Source: Chrysomallon squamiferum (taxonomy: Eukaryota > Animalia > Mollusca). Taken from it: DNA of 64,000 nucleotides. Positions within the stretch are counted from its first letter, which is position 1; each line of letters starts with the position of its first letter. Shown here piece after piece: positions 1-59,445 of the stretch. A program made the position numbers and the translations under genes. Under the pieces are notes generated by a model. That model had not been told where the DNA came from, did not search any database, and saw nothing but the letters and a program-made list of their open reading frames with translations. Location: contig CM022673.1 in NCBI GenBank assembly GCA_012295275.1, positions 12,090,001 through 12,154,000 of the forward strand, written 5' to 3'.

Positions 1-1604
1 TAAAGATATTTGATGATATTTTAAAAGCAGTGTCTGTTTTAACAGTTGAGCTGTTTCTGGATTACACTGTGTTCTGGTCAGGTAATCTGCTTTGTGTGAC
101 AATGCATGTGATGTTCTGCGTCAGAGAATTTATAAATGTTTTCATTTGCATTATCATGTGTTTTAATTTTTATTTTATTATGTGTTAGAATGTATGTGTT
201 TGTAACCTTAAATCATTTATATTTTTAATTCATTTTCATTTTATATTCATGTATATGCATTTCTATGGTGTCATTTAAGTTGTATTGTTATTTAAAATAT
301 TTATGAGGAATTATGTTTTAGTGTATATTATTAAAAGTTTATTATTAATTTAATTATTTTTATATCATTTGTTTTTATTTCCAGTATATGTGTAATTTTT
401 AAAGTATCATCTTAAATAATGCATTTTTAAATTTAATTTTTGAATTATAGTTTTCAAAATGTCTGATTATTTAATGATTGGGATAATTTATTTTTAAATT
501 TTTGTTTGATTTTATTGTAATATTAGAAACAGAAATAGTTTGAGGAAAAATATCTTGATCAACTATTTTGACTCTTCTTTTTTGTTTTTATTATTACACT
601 CATTCTTATTTTTTTTTTCCTTTTTTTTTTTTTTTTTTTTTTTTTTTTCCTTTTAATTTATGACTTTTCATTGGGCTTATTTGTTTTATTTTGAAATAAA
701 TTGGCTGAAATGGAATCATTGTGAACTTTTTATTAATTTATTTTGCTTAGATAACTTTAAAATGTAGGCATGAATATTTTGAATTATTTTATTTTATTTT
801 TTTTTTTTTAAATTTAATTTGGCATGGTTGTTTATCTTAAAATCCTTCATTTTCTTTTTCTTTATTTTTTATATGCACACAGATTTTTTTTATTTAATTT
901 GCCTGCTTTTTGGTTTTTATAGTTAATGTGAAATATTTGAAGAATTTTACTTGTTTTGTCATGTGAATGATTTTGTAAATTTATTTTGAATAAGCTGCGA
1001 TGGGGGATTTTGTCTGTGGTAATTTTTACAATATCATTTTTCTTATTCTGTTTTTTAAACTTTATTTATATATATTTTTAAAATATTTTATACAGATAAA
1101 AAAAAAAACAGACTAGTAATGTACATAATTAAATTTGTCACTGAGAGTATATCTTAAAAAGAAAGATAAAAAAAAAAAGTTAACATATACAATTTCTTTA
1201 TGTCTTTTTATATCAAAATGATAAATAATTTGATACAAATGAGATGATCATATCTGCAGTTTTAATTAATATAAAGTGTTCTCAAGTCAAACCAGTAAAT
1301 ATACTTTGATGTTCATACATATATTTAATTTTTTTTTTAATTACAGCATCTCTTAAAGAATTGTATAATTAATCTGCTGTCAGTATTTAAACACATATTT
1401 TCCAAAAATTGAATTAAATTAATTTAATTATAACCTGAAGTCAACAATGTAAATTGTATCATTAATTTATTTCATTATCATCCATGCTTTCATCTTTTTC
1501 TTTCTTATTTTAAAAAAAAAAAAAAAAAAATGTCTGACAATCTTAAAATGAATGGTAACTTGACAAAGAACTTGAGTTTTAGCTTGATGTTGTTGTGTTT
1601 TCAG

Positions 1605-33164
<31,560 letters not shown>

Positions 33165-35264
33165 TCAAAGGGAAATAAATCACACTAAAGGGAGACAATT
33201 AGAATTATTAAAGGGAGAAAATGGAGGAATTGTTTCTATCAAATATTTATTGTGTAAAGTGTGAAAATTCTGTTATCAGAAAATGAAGAAAAAAAAGGTG
33301 TAATTTGTAACTTTTTAATGTAATGTAATATTTAATTTCTTACTGAATTTTGCAACAAAACAAAATTATTTTATTTTGTTCATTACTATAATTTAGGAAG
33401 ATAGAATTACAGTAACATTTTGTTATAATCTGTTAGCTGATTATGTGATAATTGCTAGATTATTTTTCAACAATCTTCATTAAGAAGAGAAAATATGGAA
33501 AACAGTGACCATATAAACAGGGTAAAAGCAAACCAAATGGGTTTTTTTTTGCTGCCTTTTCTGTCATATTAATGCTGATAATTATTATTTGTATTTAAAA
33601 ACTATATTTTCTGTTAATGCTGACATTATTGATTTCTTTTTTTATTTCTTTTTTTTAAAAATAATGTAATTGAGCTTTGTTTACTGTTTTCTTAATTAAT
33701 CAATGTTCTAAGTTTATCGTTTAAAATAAATTATTTATTTATTTATTTATTATTATTAAGTAGTGACAGAATATAAAATAAAATTTTTAATTTTGCAGTT
33801 ATCATCATTTCATGAGTAGAAAATATTGTTGGCTTATTTATACATTAAACAAAAAAAAAAAGTTATTATAAAATTTACACTCTTGATTTTGCAGTGAAAG
33901 AAATCATAAAAGTGCCATTATTTTACTTTAGAGCAAATTTAGTTTAGAATGAAAGAAATAGAAGAGAAATGAAGAACATTCTTTTATCAAATAGTGCTTT
34001 GTTAATTTAACTGTTGATTAACAAGTTATGACCATTTCATTAATAAAATAGGATAAAAAAAAATGTTTAAAAAATGTTTAAAGTAAGCAAAAGTTTATAT
34101 ATAGAGAGAGAATGTGTTTGTTATTTTCATGGACCTTGATTTTCTTTTTTGTTTTTTTTTATTTTTTTTTTAATTAAGAAATCTTTTGTCAAAGATAAAT
34201 AAATAAAAAAATGAAAACATTTAAAATACAACATTCCATAGTTTCATATAGATCTCAGTTGTGTTGTACGGTTTTTACAAATTCATTTATTCCTGTGTTG
34301 TGAAACTGTCTCCATTGTGTCAGTTTGTGGTAACCATGGTAACCCAGTCTCAGATGTACATAGTTGTGTATATATATATAGAACCAGAAAGAGGGCAAAG
34401 GTTTCCATTCTCCATTTCTTTTGTTTGAGCACCTTTCTTTTTATTTTATTTTTATTTTTATTTTTTTTTCTTCTTCTTCACCTGTCAATAAATATTCCAA
34501 ATACATTGGGATCAAAATGGATGAATGTTCAGAAGGTTTTTTTTTTTGTTTGTTTGTTTGTTCTTCAGTGAAGTGTTGGTATGTGTTGTTGTTGTCTTCC
34601 AAAAACTCAGGGGGTTGTTTCTGTTAAAATTCTGTTCCATTTTGTGATTTTGCAAATTTAATATGTCATAATTAATTATTCATCTTGTACAAAGAATTTT
34701 TTTTTTTCATGGTTAAAAAAAAGGTATATAATCTTCCATTAAAATTATAGAAGTTGCATATAATTTTTACCTTTTTTTTTTTTTTTTTTATATAATTTTC
34801 AAAACAGTTTGGATTCATCTGTTACTGTAAATTTATATTTTTTATTATTAATATAAATTTTTTTTATTTATTTTATTTAAATGTGATAGTTATTGTATGT
34901 ACTTATTTGTACTTTTTACACATTTAGATCTAATATAATCATGTAAAATTCACCTTTCTTTTTTTTTTTTTGTCATCGCTTCCAGCCCACACACTTTTTA
35001 TCAGATTTCATGACACTCTTTTGACATGACAGTTATGACAATCAGATTTAGTCACAGGTGGACGCACATTAGATTGACAAAAATGAAACAAAATGGAACA
35101 GATTTTGAACACCTGACTAAAGAGTTTGGCTGGGGTTGGGTTTTTTTTTTTTTTTAAATTTTTTCATGAAAAATAAAAAAGTGGACTGGTTAACATTTTT
35201 AATTATTAGGTATTAATAAACATTCTATTTATATTTCTTGAATATTGAATATTCAGCTTAAAGC

Positions 35265-35296
<32 letters not shown>

Positions 35297-36452
35297 GCTT
35301 ACTGAAATGGATTTTTAGGACTTTTCCCATATTTATTGAATTATTTTGCTAGAAGTTGAAAATAATTTTTCATTATTATCTAAATATACAATATGTTCAG
35401 CATTACAGTGAAACCTCCCCCCACAAAAAAACAACACATTTTGCAGATATATTTAAATGATTTGCTTGAATGAATATACAGAATATACAATCTAAATATA
35501 TTTTATAATTCTGATGATTTTTTTATATTAATAAGGAAGTATAACTTTATTATTAGCAAGGGTTTTGCCTAGACAAAATGCTAATGAATCATTTAGGACT
35601 AACTGAAATCTAATTCAACAGAATATTTCTACTCTAAGACATAAATCATGGTTGAAGATTTTCATTTAAGAACTTTTGGATTTTTTTAAGAGAGAGAATA
35701 ATAATTCTATACATCATGTGTATGTGTAATCAAAATCAATATTTACTATGCTATTTATACATTTGTTAAAGTGTCCCAAGAATAGTTTTTGTTCACAGAT
35801 GACAATATATATAAAGTTTATATATGAAGAAAACAAAATGTCTCTAAAAGAATTCCAGTTTTGAAAATGTATTAATCTCTAACGAGGTGCATGTTAACAA
35901 GCCAAGGTTTCATCCTGTATATGATCTGATGCCAGCAATTTGTTTTACTTACATAATCTGAACGGATTCTAGTTTGTTATTTTCACAGTTGTTTATTTGT
36001 TTAAAACATTTGTATTTAGTTTAATTAGTGTGTAACTTAATGATTTTCCTAAAAATAAACCTTGTACAATCTTACAAATTAATCTTACACATTCGATTTA
36101 TTTATTGTTTTTTTAAATAAAATTTCAGTTACACAGTATTACCATACAAGTAAATTAATATATACTTGAGTTAACTGTAGTAAATTAGAGTGTATTAAAA
36201 TATGCTTGTTAAAGTAACAAGTTCTGATGTGTTTTTTTTACTGTACTTCATACTTAATAATGTACTGTTATTCCCAAAACGTAATATTCTGTTCATTATA
36301 CAGAATGAAAAACTGGCTTGTGAAGATGACAAAGATGAAATATATCTGTAGATTTATTTATTCTAGTCTTGGCATTATACCTCATATTTATCAGTCATTA
36401 ATATGTGTATATCAGCATTGTTATTTAATACATTTATTATTATTAGTAGTAC

Positions 36453-36498
<46 letters not shown>

Positions 36499-37168
36499 GC
36501 CAAACATTTTCATTATATTTCAATAAGTTGACAAAAAGTGTAAATTATGCACTTGTACATTAATGAGAAAATATGTTTGTACCTTAAAATTATAAATGTG
36601 AAGAGATATTGCTGTGCTTTGGGTATTTATCATTTGCAGTGCTGTTAAATATTAATTTTCAACCTTTTTTTTAATTTTATTTTTTCTTTCCATAACGACA
36701 TTGGTTTACCATCTATGTTTTTATCTTCAGAAAGCAAGTAAAAAAATGGAGGCCAAGATGTGTACTTTGTCAATTACAGTGTTCTAGAAATATTATTGTC
36801 AGTCTTAGAAACCAGTAAACCTAAACTAAGAAGAATACAGATATATAAAAAAATTGAATTTTTCTGACAAGATCTGTAATCACAGTTTTGTTAAAATGTC
36901 ATTTTCATTTAAAAATTTTTTTTTGCAAATCAGTGTTTTTAGGATTGGGTAACAAAGATATATATTTGTCAATATTATTTATCCCAGTTTACTTAAATAT
37001 TTCATCGCAAAATGTTTTAATATATGAAAATCAGGATCTGTTGATTTAGGCCTGGAACTAAAATTTGATTCACATCCTGTGTTTCAAAAACAATATTATT
37101 AAATAAAGATAAATATTATGCAGATTTTCAAACATTAGAGTGGTGCTGTGTATTATAAAGAATACAAA

Positions 37169-37215
37169 AATAAAAATATTTTCATATTCAGTTTGTCTTT
37201 GTTATTTGTGTTCGT
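37169..37215 (+). terminator. Possible distal polyadenylation signal of KIF21 (AATAAA plus downstream GT/T-rich element), implying a ~4-kb 3' UTR
   Basis: AATAAA at 37169 followed by gtttgtctttgttatttgtgtt; AATAAA is common here, so support is weak. Confidence 0.3.
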
Positions 37216-37887
37216 TTAAGTTTGAATTACATTTATTAAAATTAACTATAGCTGCATAATAAGCAGCTGGTATTAATATGCAGCCTGAATAAATAAATTA
37301 TAATAGAAGCGTAAACAATTTAAATTTGCAGGTATGAATACATGACCAAATTATATATTATAATTTTAAGGATTACAAGATTCCTTGCTGTACTAATAAT
37401 AAAAAAAATAAGACGTTATCATTAACAAACGTTGAGATGCAATAACCAACCGCCTAAAAACTAAATAATGCATATTACTTCTTTATATAATATTATGTAT
37501 TTGTTAAATAATTAATATAATAAGGTGAACTACTATTTTACTTATTTAAAGATGCCTTTATATAGACGTTAAAAAAAAAAAAAAATAATAACCATCTGAT
37601 AATCTACATTTGAATTGTGTTTTTTTTCTGAACAATATGATGTTTGGTTAACACCCACACACAGAATACATGTTTCATTAAATTCAATACAAAGTAAAGA
37701 TCAGTCTGGATCATCAATTACTTATTTAAAATAACACATTCAGTCTAAAAACCTTTTTTGGAACAATCCGTGTAGACGACGTTCGTTATTCTTCGTGACA
37801 ATTCGCTACACTCCGAATACCTCGTGAAGTTTCGTTGATGACGTTAATTAACACAATTATCTAATTTGTGGGGAAATAATGATAATG

Positions 37888-37921
<34 letters not shown>

Positions 37922-38481
37922 ATAAATAAATAAATAAATAAAATACAATAATAAGAACTCTGTTTTTATTGGCAACGATGTTACTTGGGAAGGAGGAACA
38001 TGTGAAGAATTAACGAACCCATGATTTCAAATATTAATTCGCTAGAGTTTTCCTAACACGGTAACAATCAGTATATTTAAAGCAGTTAATTTATCACAAT
38101 AGTAAATAGTATAGAGAATAGCAGCTTGATGGTGTTAAATATGATTTTTGTCTGGAAACGAATGGTGACCATCTGAATCTAATGAAAGTTCAGGCCCGCG
38201 ACTTTTTGAAATAAGCAGTTTCAGAAAAATCGCATTTTCGGCGCAAAAATGAATGTCTTTTCTAATTCTTATTTATTTATATCCAAGCCCAAAATGAAAC
38301 AAAGAAAGAAAAAGAAATAGCCAAAATACAACATTTTAATTATAGTGTTTGGATATTTGTAAATGAATATTCGGTTTTGGACCGAAAATTAATAATTTTT
38401 TCTTCTTCTCACTATTCCTTGGATACACATGGTTACCATTCGTACCGAGGTAAAAAATCATATTTAACAACATTCAGGTGT

Positions 38482-38564
<83 letters not shown>

Positions 38565-39899
38565 TGTGTCAGAAGAATGTAAGTATATCAAAAAATAAGT
38601 GAGTAAAAAAGTAAAAGGACATTAATAAATAGAAAGAGAAGAAAAGCAGAAGAATAAGAAGCAAAAAGAAGAATGCTAAACAAAGGTAAACAATAGGAAT
38701 ATACACAAATTATATATAGATGTGTGTGTATATATATATGTGTGTTGTTATATGTTTATTTGTATATATTCTTATTTTTTTAATTGTTTTTATTCTTCTG
38801 CGGGTTTTTTTGTTTTTTTTCTCGTCTTTTTCTTCACTTTCTGATTCTTTGTTCTTCTTTCTTTTTATATTTGTTGTGTTTTTGTGAAGGTAATCGATAC
38901 AAACGAAACCTGAGTTTAAATTTTTTTTTAATCTCTTCACCTATCGCTTGATATGTGTAGATTTTAATACTAAATTTTCACACCTGCGTTTATTGGTATG
39001 CTGTGGCCCTCATTAAAAAATATATATATATATATTTAAAAAAAAAAAATGTATGTATATGAATGAAGTAAGAATAATGGCAAACAGGCCTAAATTTTGT
39101 TTTTCTTTTTAGTAACACTGAACATAATGTTCGATAAAACATTTGTTTTATAACGGAAGAAGGAAATTAGTTTCATCGGTTCTGTTTCATCAGGCCGTTA
39201 TACAAGCGATGTAAGAAAGAAAAGAAAAGGAATATATAAAAAAGAGAGAGAGAAAAAAAAAGAGTAATCATCATAAATAATTGAAAAAGCTTTGCTTACA
39301 CGATGATCGAAGGAAATTGTATTAATATTATAAACACGATGATCGTGTACGCAATAATGAAAACTATTTATATTTTATGAACACCTTAAAGAGAAAGTTA
39401 TTAACAAGGATGGAACAATCGTACTTCGTCTTTTTTCTCTTCATAGTCTATTCGACAGTCTTGTGAATAACTAGAATCAGAACGATTGGTAATATGAAGC
39501 TTGTCGATTGTCATACAAATACTAATTCAGTTTATGCATAACAAAATCGGCGAAAACAACCGATAATCAGCTTATTAAGATACAAGATGTTGGGACTACA
39601 AACGTTTTATTAAATAACCCCCGACAGCGACCCGTTTTGCAAAGTAACTGTACAGAAACCAGTTATAATCACGTGGATGAGACAAGCACAAAACGTATAA
39701 GACGAAGACAAAGCCCTTTTTTCTCTCTCTTAAAGTCATTAAAGCACGTATTCCACTTCTGTTCCACACAGTCTGCAGTTACCGCCGAATTGTAATCAAC
39801 TTCAAGAACTCAAGCAAACCCAGATTCAATAAATATTAATACAAGAAGTAATTAAATTACAAACAAATCAACATACTCGTGTTTTTTTTTTTTTTATCC

Positions 39900-40344
39900 G
39901 CTACACTTCAGAGTTACTGCGTTAAATTGAGGAAATGATGTGCACACAGCACGCAAACATTATCGACAAAGCAACATTTCCAACTCGCAGCGCAGCAGGA
40001 ACAAACGCAATCCGCTTTGATAAACTGTCACGTTCCGCACGGGCGTTAATTTACGACCGGTGGCGGGTGCACGGCCAGCATAATGGCGCAAAGACGCCGG
40101 CTCGGACTGAAAATGGGTTTGTTTATCCTCGCTATGGTGATGGCATTCTACGAAGACAGGGTGCAATATATTTTAATTCACGTGTTTATTCGACTGCAAC
40201 CGCTGACTTGGCTGTCGAGTAATGAGATACGCTGGGATCGTTTCGAGACCAAAGCGCGTCTGTTATTTAATTTGTGACTGTACGCAGTCACTGAAAAAAA
40301 AAAAAACATAACTGAAGGAACACAAACAAACGGTTCTGATTCAG
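39900..40344 (+). promoter_or_regulatory. CpG/GC-rich promoter and probable first exon of the ankyrin-repeat gene
   Basis: Marked local CpG enrichment ending at a CAG|gtaggc donor (40344). Confidence 0.55.
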
Positions 40345-41011
40345 GTAGGCTAATTACTGCAGTCCATTAATATTCCTTATCTAGGCTGCCAGTGTTTATT
40401 TGTTTTTTTGTTGTTTTTTTTTTTAAAATAGTAAATTTGACAGTTATTGGTCAATCGGTTACAAAATGTGATTTCTGGGTTGTAATTGTTTCGGTTCTAC
40501 TGTGTGTAAGACATTTTATTTTTTATTTTTTTGTAAATACTAATTGTGTAAAATCAGATTGTGTTTATGTGTGTGTATGTGTATGACTATGACTATGTAT
40601 GTCTTTTCATGGTTAATGTAGGCATACATGAGTGTATGTACATACAACTGATTTATTATTTTATAATTCTGCTGACAAGATACTGATATTTTCTACTACA
40701 TACAATAAAGTATATAACAATAAGTAAAAGTAACTTTAGAATCTGCCCATAGTCACTAGATAAATATACATATAAAATAAAAAAAATAATACAATATAAA
40801 TAAAAAAAAATAGACAAGAATTATGCAATATAAAAATAAATAAAAATAGAAAAATGTTAATATGAAAATGCATAAAACACATACTAATAAGAGAAACAAA
40901 TTTCCAGTTGGAGGCTGCACACCCTCGTAACATTTCTGTGGATATTTCCTTATATATATATATATATATAAATGTATATTCATATTGGTAATTTATATAC
41001 AAAATTATAAG

Positions 41012-41045
<34 letters not shown>

Positions 41046-41356
41046 TCTATGATATATATTATTGTTGTTATTGTTGTCATTGTCGTTGTTGTTGTTGTTA
41101 TTCTTACTGTTACTGTTATTGCCTTATTAAAACAGTTTTTATCTATTATCATAACTGCATGTATTTATTATAGTTATTTATTCTTCCTTATCATCATCAT
41201 CATCAGAAATATATTTAATGCTGCTGTAATTGTTATTACTATTATTATTATTATTATTATTATTACTATTATTATTATTTATTATTATTATTGTTATTAC
41301 TACCACTATTATTATTAGTATCATTATTGTTATTATTACTATTATTATTATTATTA

Positions 41357-41391
<35 letters not shown>

Positions 41392-41933
41392 GTTATTATT
41401 ATTATTATTATTATTATAGCTTCTTTATAATGTAAACACCTGTAGATCCAATAATTATTTTAAAATAATGTTAAACCTTGGTTCTGTGTTAAAGAATATC
41501 GTGAGAGAGATTTCTCGTTTCTACCTGACACACTTAAAACCTTTGTTATGACACTTGTCATGATTTTCAACACACTGCAAACAAGACCACTTTAACAGGC
41601 TTTTTAAAATGTATTGATCGTGTACTATTTTCTATGCAGGTTATCATTATTTACATTTATCAGTGAAATCAATATCTGATGAAAGAGATATTTAAAAAAA
41701 AAAATGGCATTGCTAAAAGCATTATTAATCATTCTAAATGTCAGGTATAAAGTAACTCAGAATTATTATGATTGCTGTTGTTGCATGTAGTTGTTATTGT
41801 AGTTACTATTATTTTTTATTATAAGGATAATTATTATTATTATTATTATCATTATTGTTATTACTTGCTATTATTATTATTATTATTATTATCATTATTA
41901 TTATTATTATCATTATTATTATTATCATTATCG

Positions 41934-41964
<31 letters not shown>

Positions 41965-41966
41965 TC

Positions 41967-42008
<42 letters not shown>

Positions 42009-42340
42009 ATTCATTCTCCTTTTCCTCTACACATTACAAGCCACACACAAATATTTCACTATACAGAACTAACTGTGCATTTAATAAACTAAGCGATCAC
42101 CCTGAACAGATTAAAAAAGCTGAACTGTTTATGGATATACGTGAATACCTGACTGCCTGTTGTGAATTTCTAAAGAAGCTTTGTGTATTACTGACAAAAC
42201 AAAATTAGACCTGATCTCCGAACTGGATCAATTACAAAAAAGGTGACTGATCATTCAGTACTCCTGTGTAGGCAGACATGTCTGCCTTTTGACTTGTCCC
42301 TTACCTGATTTTGTAAGAGACAAGAAGAAAAATAAACACA

Positions 42341-55372
<13,032 letters not shown>

Positions 55373-55684
55373 ATATAAAACAAACAAAAATAACTAAAAC
55401 AAATGACACCAATCAAAATAATGAAGACAATTCCCATTTTTTTTTTTTTTTTTTAAAACTGAATCAGAACAACTAAGGACCTCCCTCATATTATCATAGA
55501 ACATTTAACATACCAGGACATATTATAATACAATCAAAATACATATCTTCCATATATATATATCTTAAAATATCCATTTGTAATATTTTGGTTACCTGAC
55601 AATTATTAATTTGTATACTGCTTATGTTTGTGACACACTTTATTTAGCATGAGAGGGTTATTTTCCATTTTGATATTTTGAACA

Positions 55685-55880
55685 CTTCCTGGTAACATTA
55701 CTGGTTATTTTACCATACATTTCCTAGTTACATTACCATACATTTACAAATTACTTTATCATACAATTTCTGATTACTTTATCATATATTTCCTGGTTTC
55801 TTTATCATATATTTCCTTTTACTTTATCACAAAGTTCCTGGTTTCTTTTACCATAGTCACTATCTACTTTACCACACATA
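55685..55880. repeat. Degenerate minisatellite (cat...ttcctggtt.cttt) in the ANK 3' region
   Basis: Recurring tttcctggtttctttatcatat units. Confidence 0.6.
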
Positions 55881-56190
55881 TTTGTCTGAATGGTTGTGAA
55901 TTACCTTTTCTTACACACAGTGTGAAAGATTACTTGTTATTTTGTATAAAGACTTATTAGTAGTAAACACAATATGCATTTTAAGAATGTAACTTTATAT
56001 TTTTTTCACTGAAACTTTCGAATATACAGATTGTAAAAATTATATATGTATATAAATATATGTATTTGACAAGACTCTTGTTTTAAAAATGGAATAAATT
56101 TTTTTACCTTTATGTATTTTTGTCAACAGATAAATGTTTATTATGGGAAAACAACTATCTAAAAAATTCAATATTTGTTTCAGTTATTTT

Positions 56191-56243
<53 letters not shown>

Positions 56244-57847
56244 CATATTTTATGTAGAAATAAATTTAAAAGAAAATGAAGTATTAACCCTTTGTAAATT
56301 TAAGATTTATTTATTGAACAGCTGCCAGTAAATTAAAGTTTTATCAGTTTGATTTTGTTTGAATAAATTGCCTACATTTATTTTCAAGCACAAACCTCAA
56401 GATTTATCTTTTTTTAATAAAGTTGGAAATATTTTGTACATTATTCATCAGATATTGAAAGATACTTCAGTTGATTTGGAAATATTATAAAATTTCTACC
56501 CAAAGTAAAATATATATATATTCTTTTCCTTTCTGGTTCAGATGTTTGGTTATTAATAAAATACAAAATTTAACTTATAAAATGATAGCAAGCATGAATG
56601 TTGTGTTCTGCTATATACTGAAGTTAATTTTTTTTTTTTTTTTTAAGCTGATAGGATTAGGATTTGACATCAAGCCTGAGAAATGACTTGGTATATTCAG
56701 TGCAGTATCATTCAGCAAATTTATAGCAAATGTTTGTAGATGGGAATTAACTGCAGAAGGAAGCCCAAAACTTCAAAACAAAAATATAATAAAATAAAAT
56801 TTCCCAATTTGACTCCATAAAGCATTTGGAAGAATGACTCTTGGAAAAAATCACATGAGATGTAAGAAATTTAACACTGATCTTCAGTTCTATAAACATT
56901 TCTATTAATTGAAATATCAGCAGCATGAAAGATAAAAAAAAACAACACAAAAACACATTTTTCTGTAAAAATATTTGTTTTATTTTGAGAAAAATAAATA
57001 TAATTTATAGACAGGACTCATCAACAAGGTCCTGCTTGTTGTATTGGACTTTATACACTTAAAAACTGTGGAGACAGATACGTAGATGCATTAAATGCAT
57101 AAAGAAAAAAATGGGACAATATTTTCTAAAATCAGTGAAAATATTACAGAAACAAAAATTATCAATGTTAAACATTTGAAAGTAATTAGAAAATAAATGT
57201 GTCTGACTAAAGTTAAAGATTCTGATATGAGATTAAAACAGGCCTAGATAACTTTGACAAAATAAAAATAAAAATAACTGTTTTTATTACAGATGTTAAA
57301 CTACAGAGGAAAGAAAATAATAACAGAAACAAGTGACTTTAACATAATTTTAGATTAATGGAATGTCAACATTTTAAAATCCAAATTAGAGACTACAGTA
57401 ATGGTGTGGGGAAGAGTTTTATTCTTTTCCCAAGAATATTCTGTAACTATCATCACTTTGTACGAACAAGTATATTTTATTATTATTATTATTATTGTAA
57501 GATGCCTAGTGTTAAAAACATTTAAGATCAGTCCATTAAGATCATTATGTGTATTACTTCTGTATGTTGAGTTTTTCTAAGTCCAACCACCATTATATAA
57601 CTTGCATGTAGGCATACACAGATATATAACTACAAAGAAAAAAGCTTTTCAAAAAGGACAGCACAGATTTCAGTTCTATCAAATTTCAGATTTACATATT
57701 AGAGTAAATCTTGAGACTAAATTGCAAAACAATGAAAACGCTAACACATTATACAAAACCTTTACATCATCAAATGTAGTCCTAGAATGAAAAAAATTAA
57801 GTAACAGAATAAAAGGAATGAATTAATAGGTGGCAATTTATATTAAT

Positions 57848-57883
<36 letters not shown>

Positions 57884-58495
57884 GTAATATAATAATAATA
57901 ATACCAGTAATAACAATAAATAATAATAATAATTATAATTATTCCTTCATAAGTACTATATTAATATTTAACTTTTCCATCAATAACAGAATTATAATTT
58001 ATTAACAATTATTATATTTTAACAGACTATAATACTAAGTAATAATAACTATATAATTAGTAATAAAACACATACAATACTAAAACTTGTAAAACTGACA
58101 TTATTTGTTTTGGATATTAAAATTTCTGTTAGTCAAACCAGTCAGCAGCCTACATCAAATATAAAATTAATATTTACTGTTAATAAAATAAAAAACATTC
58201 AACATGAAAATAAAATATTCAGATCATTACATTATGAAATTAACATAAACAAAATATATTTTTACTGTTAAAACAAATTTCTGATGATGCAAACAAAGTT
58301 CTGAGCATGCTCATTTTTATTTATTTTTTTTTTTTTTTTTTTTTTGACAAATGCCTAAACAGCCTAAATCAACTTAGTTAATGTCTTAAAATGATTTATT
58401 TGTCTTCTTACAGTTAAAAATAATGTTATTAAACTTAGGCTAAATAGATGTTATTTGGTTTTTCTTTACTTCTGATGGTAAAGCAACAAGACTTT

Positions 58496-58528
<33 letters not shown>

Positions 58529-59329
58529 GGAGGGAGGGAGAGAGCCAGAAAAATGGCATCATCCTGGCTTGTTATGTTTAGTGATTTCCAATAACACTGT
58601 CTGTATCATCATCATCATATTCAATTAATTTTATTATTCTACTGATTTACTACAGTAGTTCATTAATTCTCCACCGACTTTTATTTCATTATCATAATTT
58701 TTTTCTCTCTCTCTCTTTTTTTCAAATTTATTTTCTCTCATTTTATTATGATAAACAGGTATATTTAACAATCAAAATAAAATTTTAATAAATAAATAAA
58801 ATAAAATAAAATAAAATAAAATAAATAATAAATGGTGGTTTTTACAATCAAATAAAATAATAATAATAAAATTGTAGAGTACAAAGTATATTAAGGCTTT
58901 ATCCAGAGAAATTTTAAATTTACAAAAATTCAACATCTTAATTTCTTATGAAAAAAGAATACATATGTATTTAGTGTCATATATATATATATGTGACTTG
59001 AATAATTTCCACAGACTTTTGATTTATTTTGATAATACATTTCTATGAAAATTTACTTATTAGTTTTAAAAATAATTTAAAATAAATTCGTCTCTCTCTC
59101 TCACACACACACACACACGCACGCACACAGTTTTTCATTTCTATAAAGCAAATGTTCATAGAAGCTAATATCACAGTTCTCGATGACCAGCAGAAAGTCA
59201 AATACAACTTGAAAGGCAACATTTAGGATTTCAAAGAAAAAATAATTGACAGCAGTATGGATACTGTGTCTAAATTATTTTATTATCAAGACTGAATGTG
59301 TCTGTGTGGTTATCAGTATGCTAGCACCC

Positions 59330-59445
59330 TGTCTGGATCATGTGGCTAAAATCAGCAGTGTCTGGATCAAATTAGTGTAGTGTCTGGATCAAGTAAGTGT
59401 AATTCTGGATCAAGTCAGCATAGTATCTGTCTGAATCCAATTAGA
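59330..59445. repeat. Degenerate ~21-27-bp minisatellite (gtctggatcaa core)
   Basis: tctggatca repeated four times. Confidence 0.65.

Noticed and set aside
34327-34345. Near-palindromic GGTAACCATGGTAACC (RFX X-box-like)
   Set aside because: Single site in the presumed KIF21 3' UTR with no nearby promoter evidence.
59330-59445. Short repeats with variable spacers resembling a CRISPR array
   Set aside because: Eukaryotic context, degenerate short units and no cas genes; it is a minisatellite.
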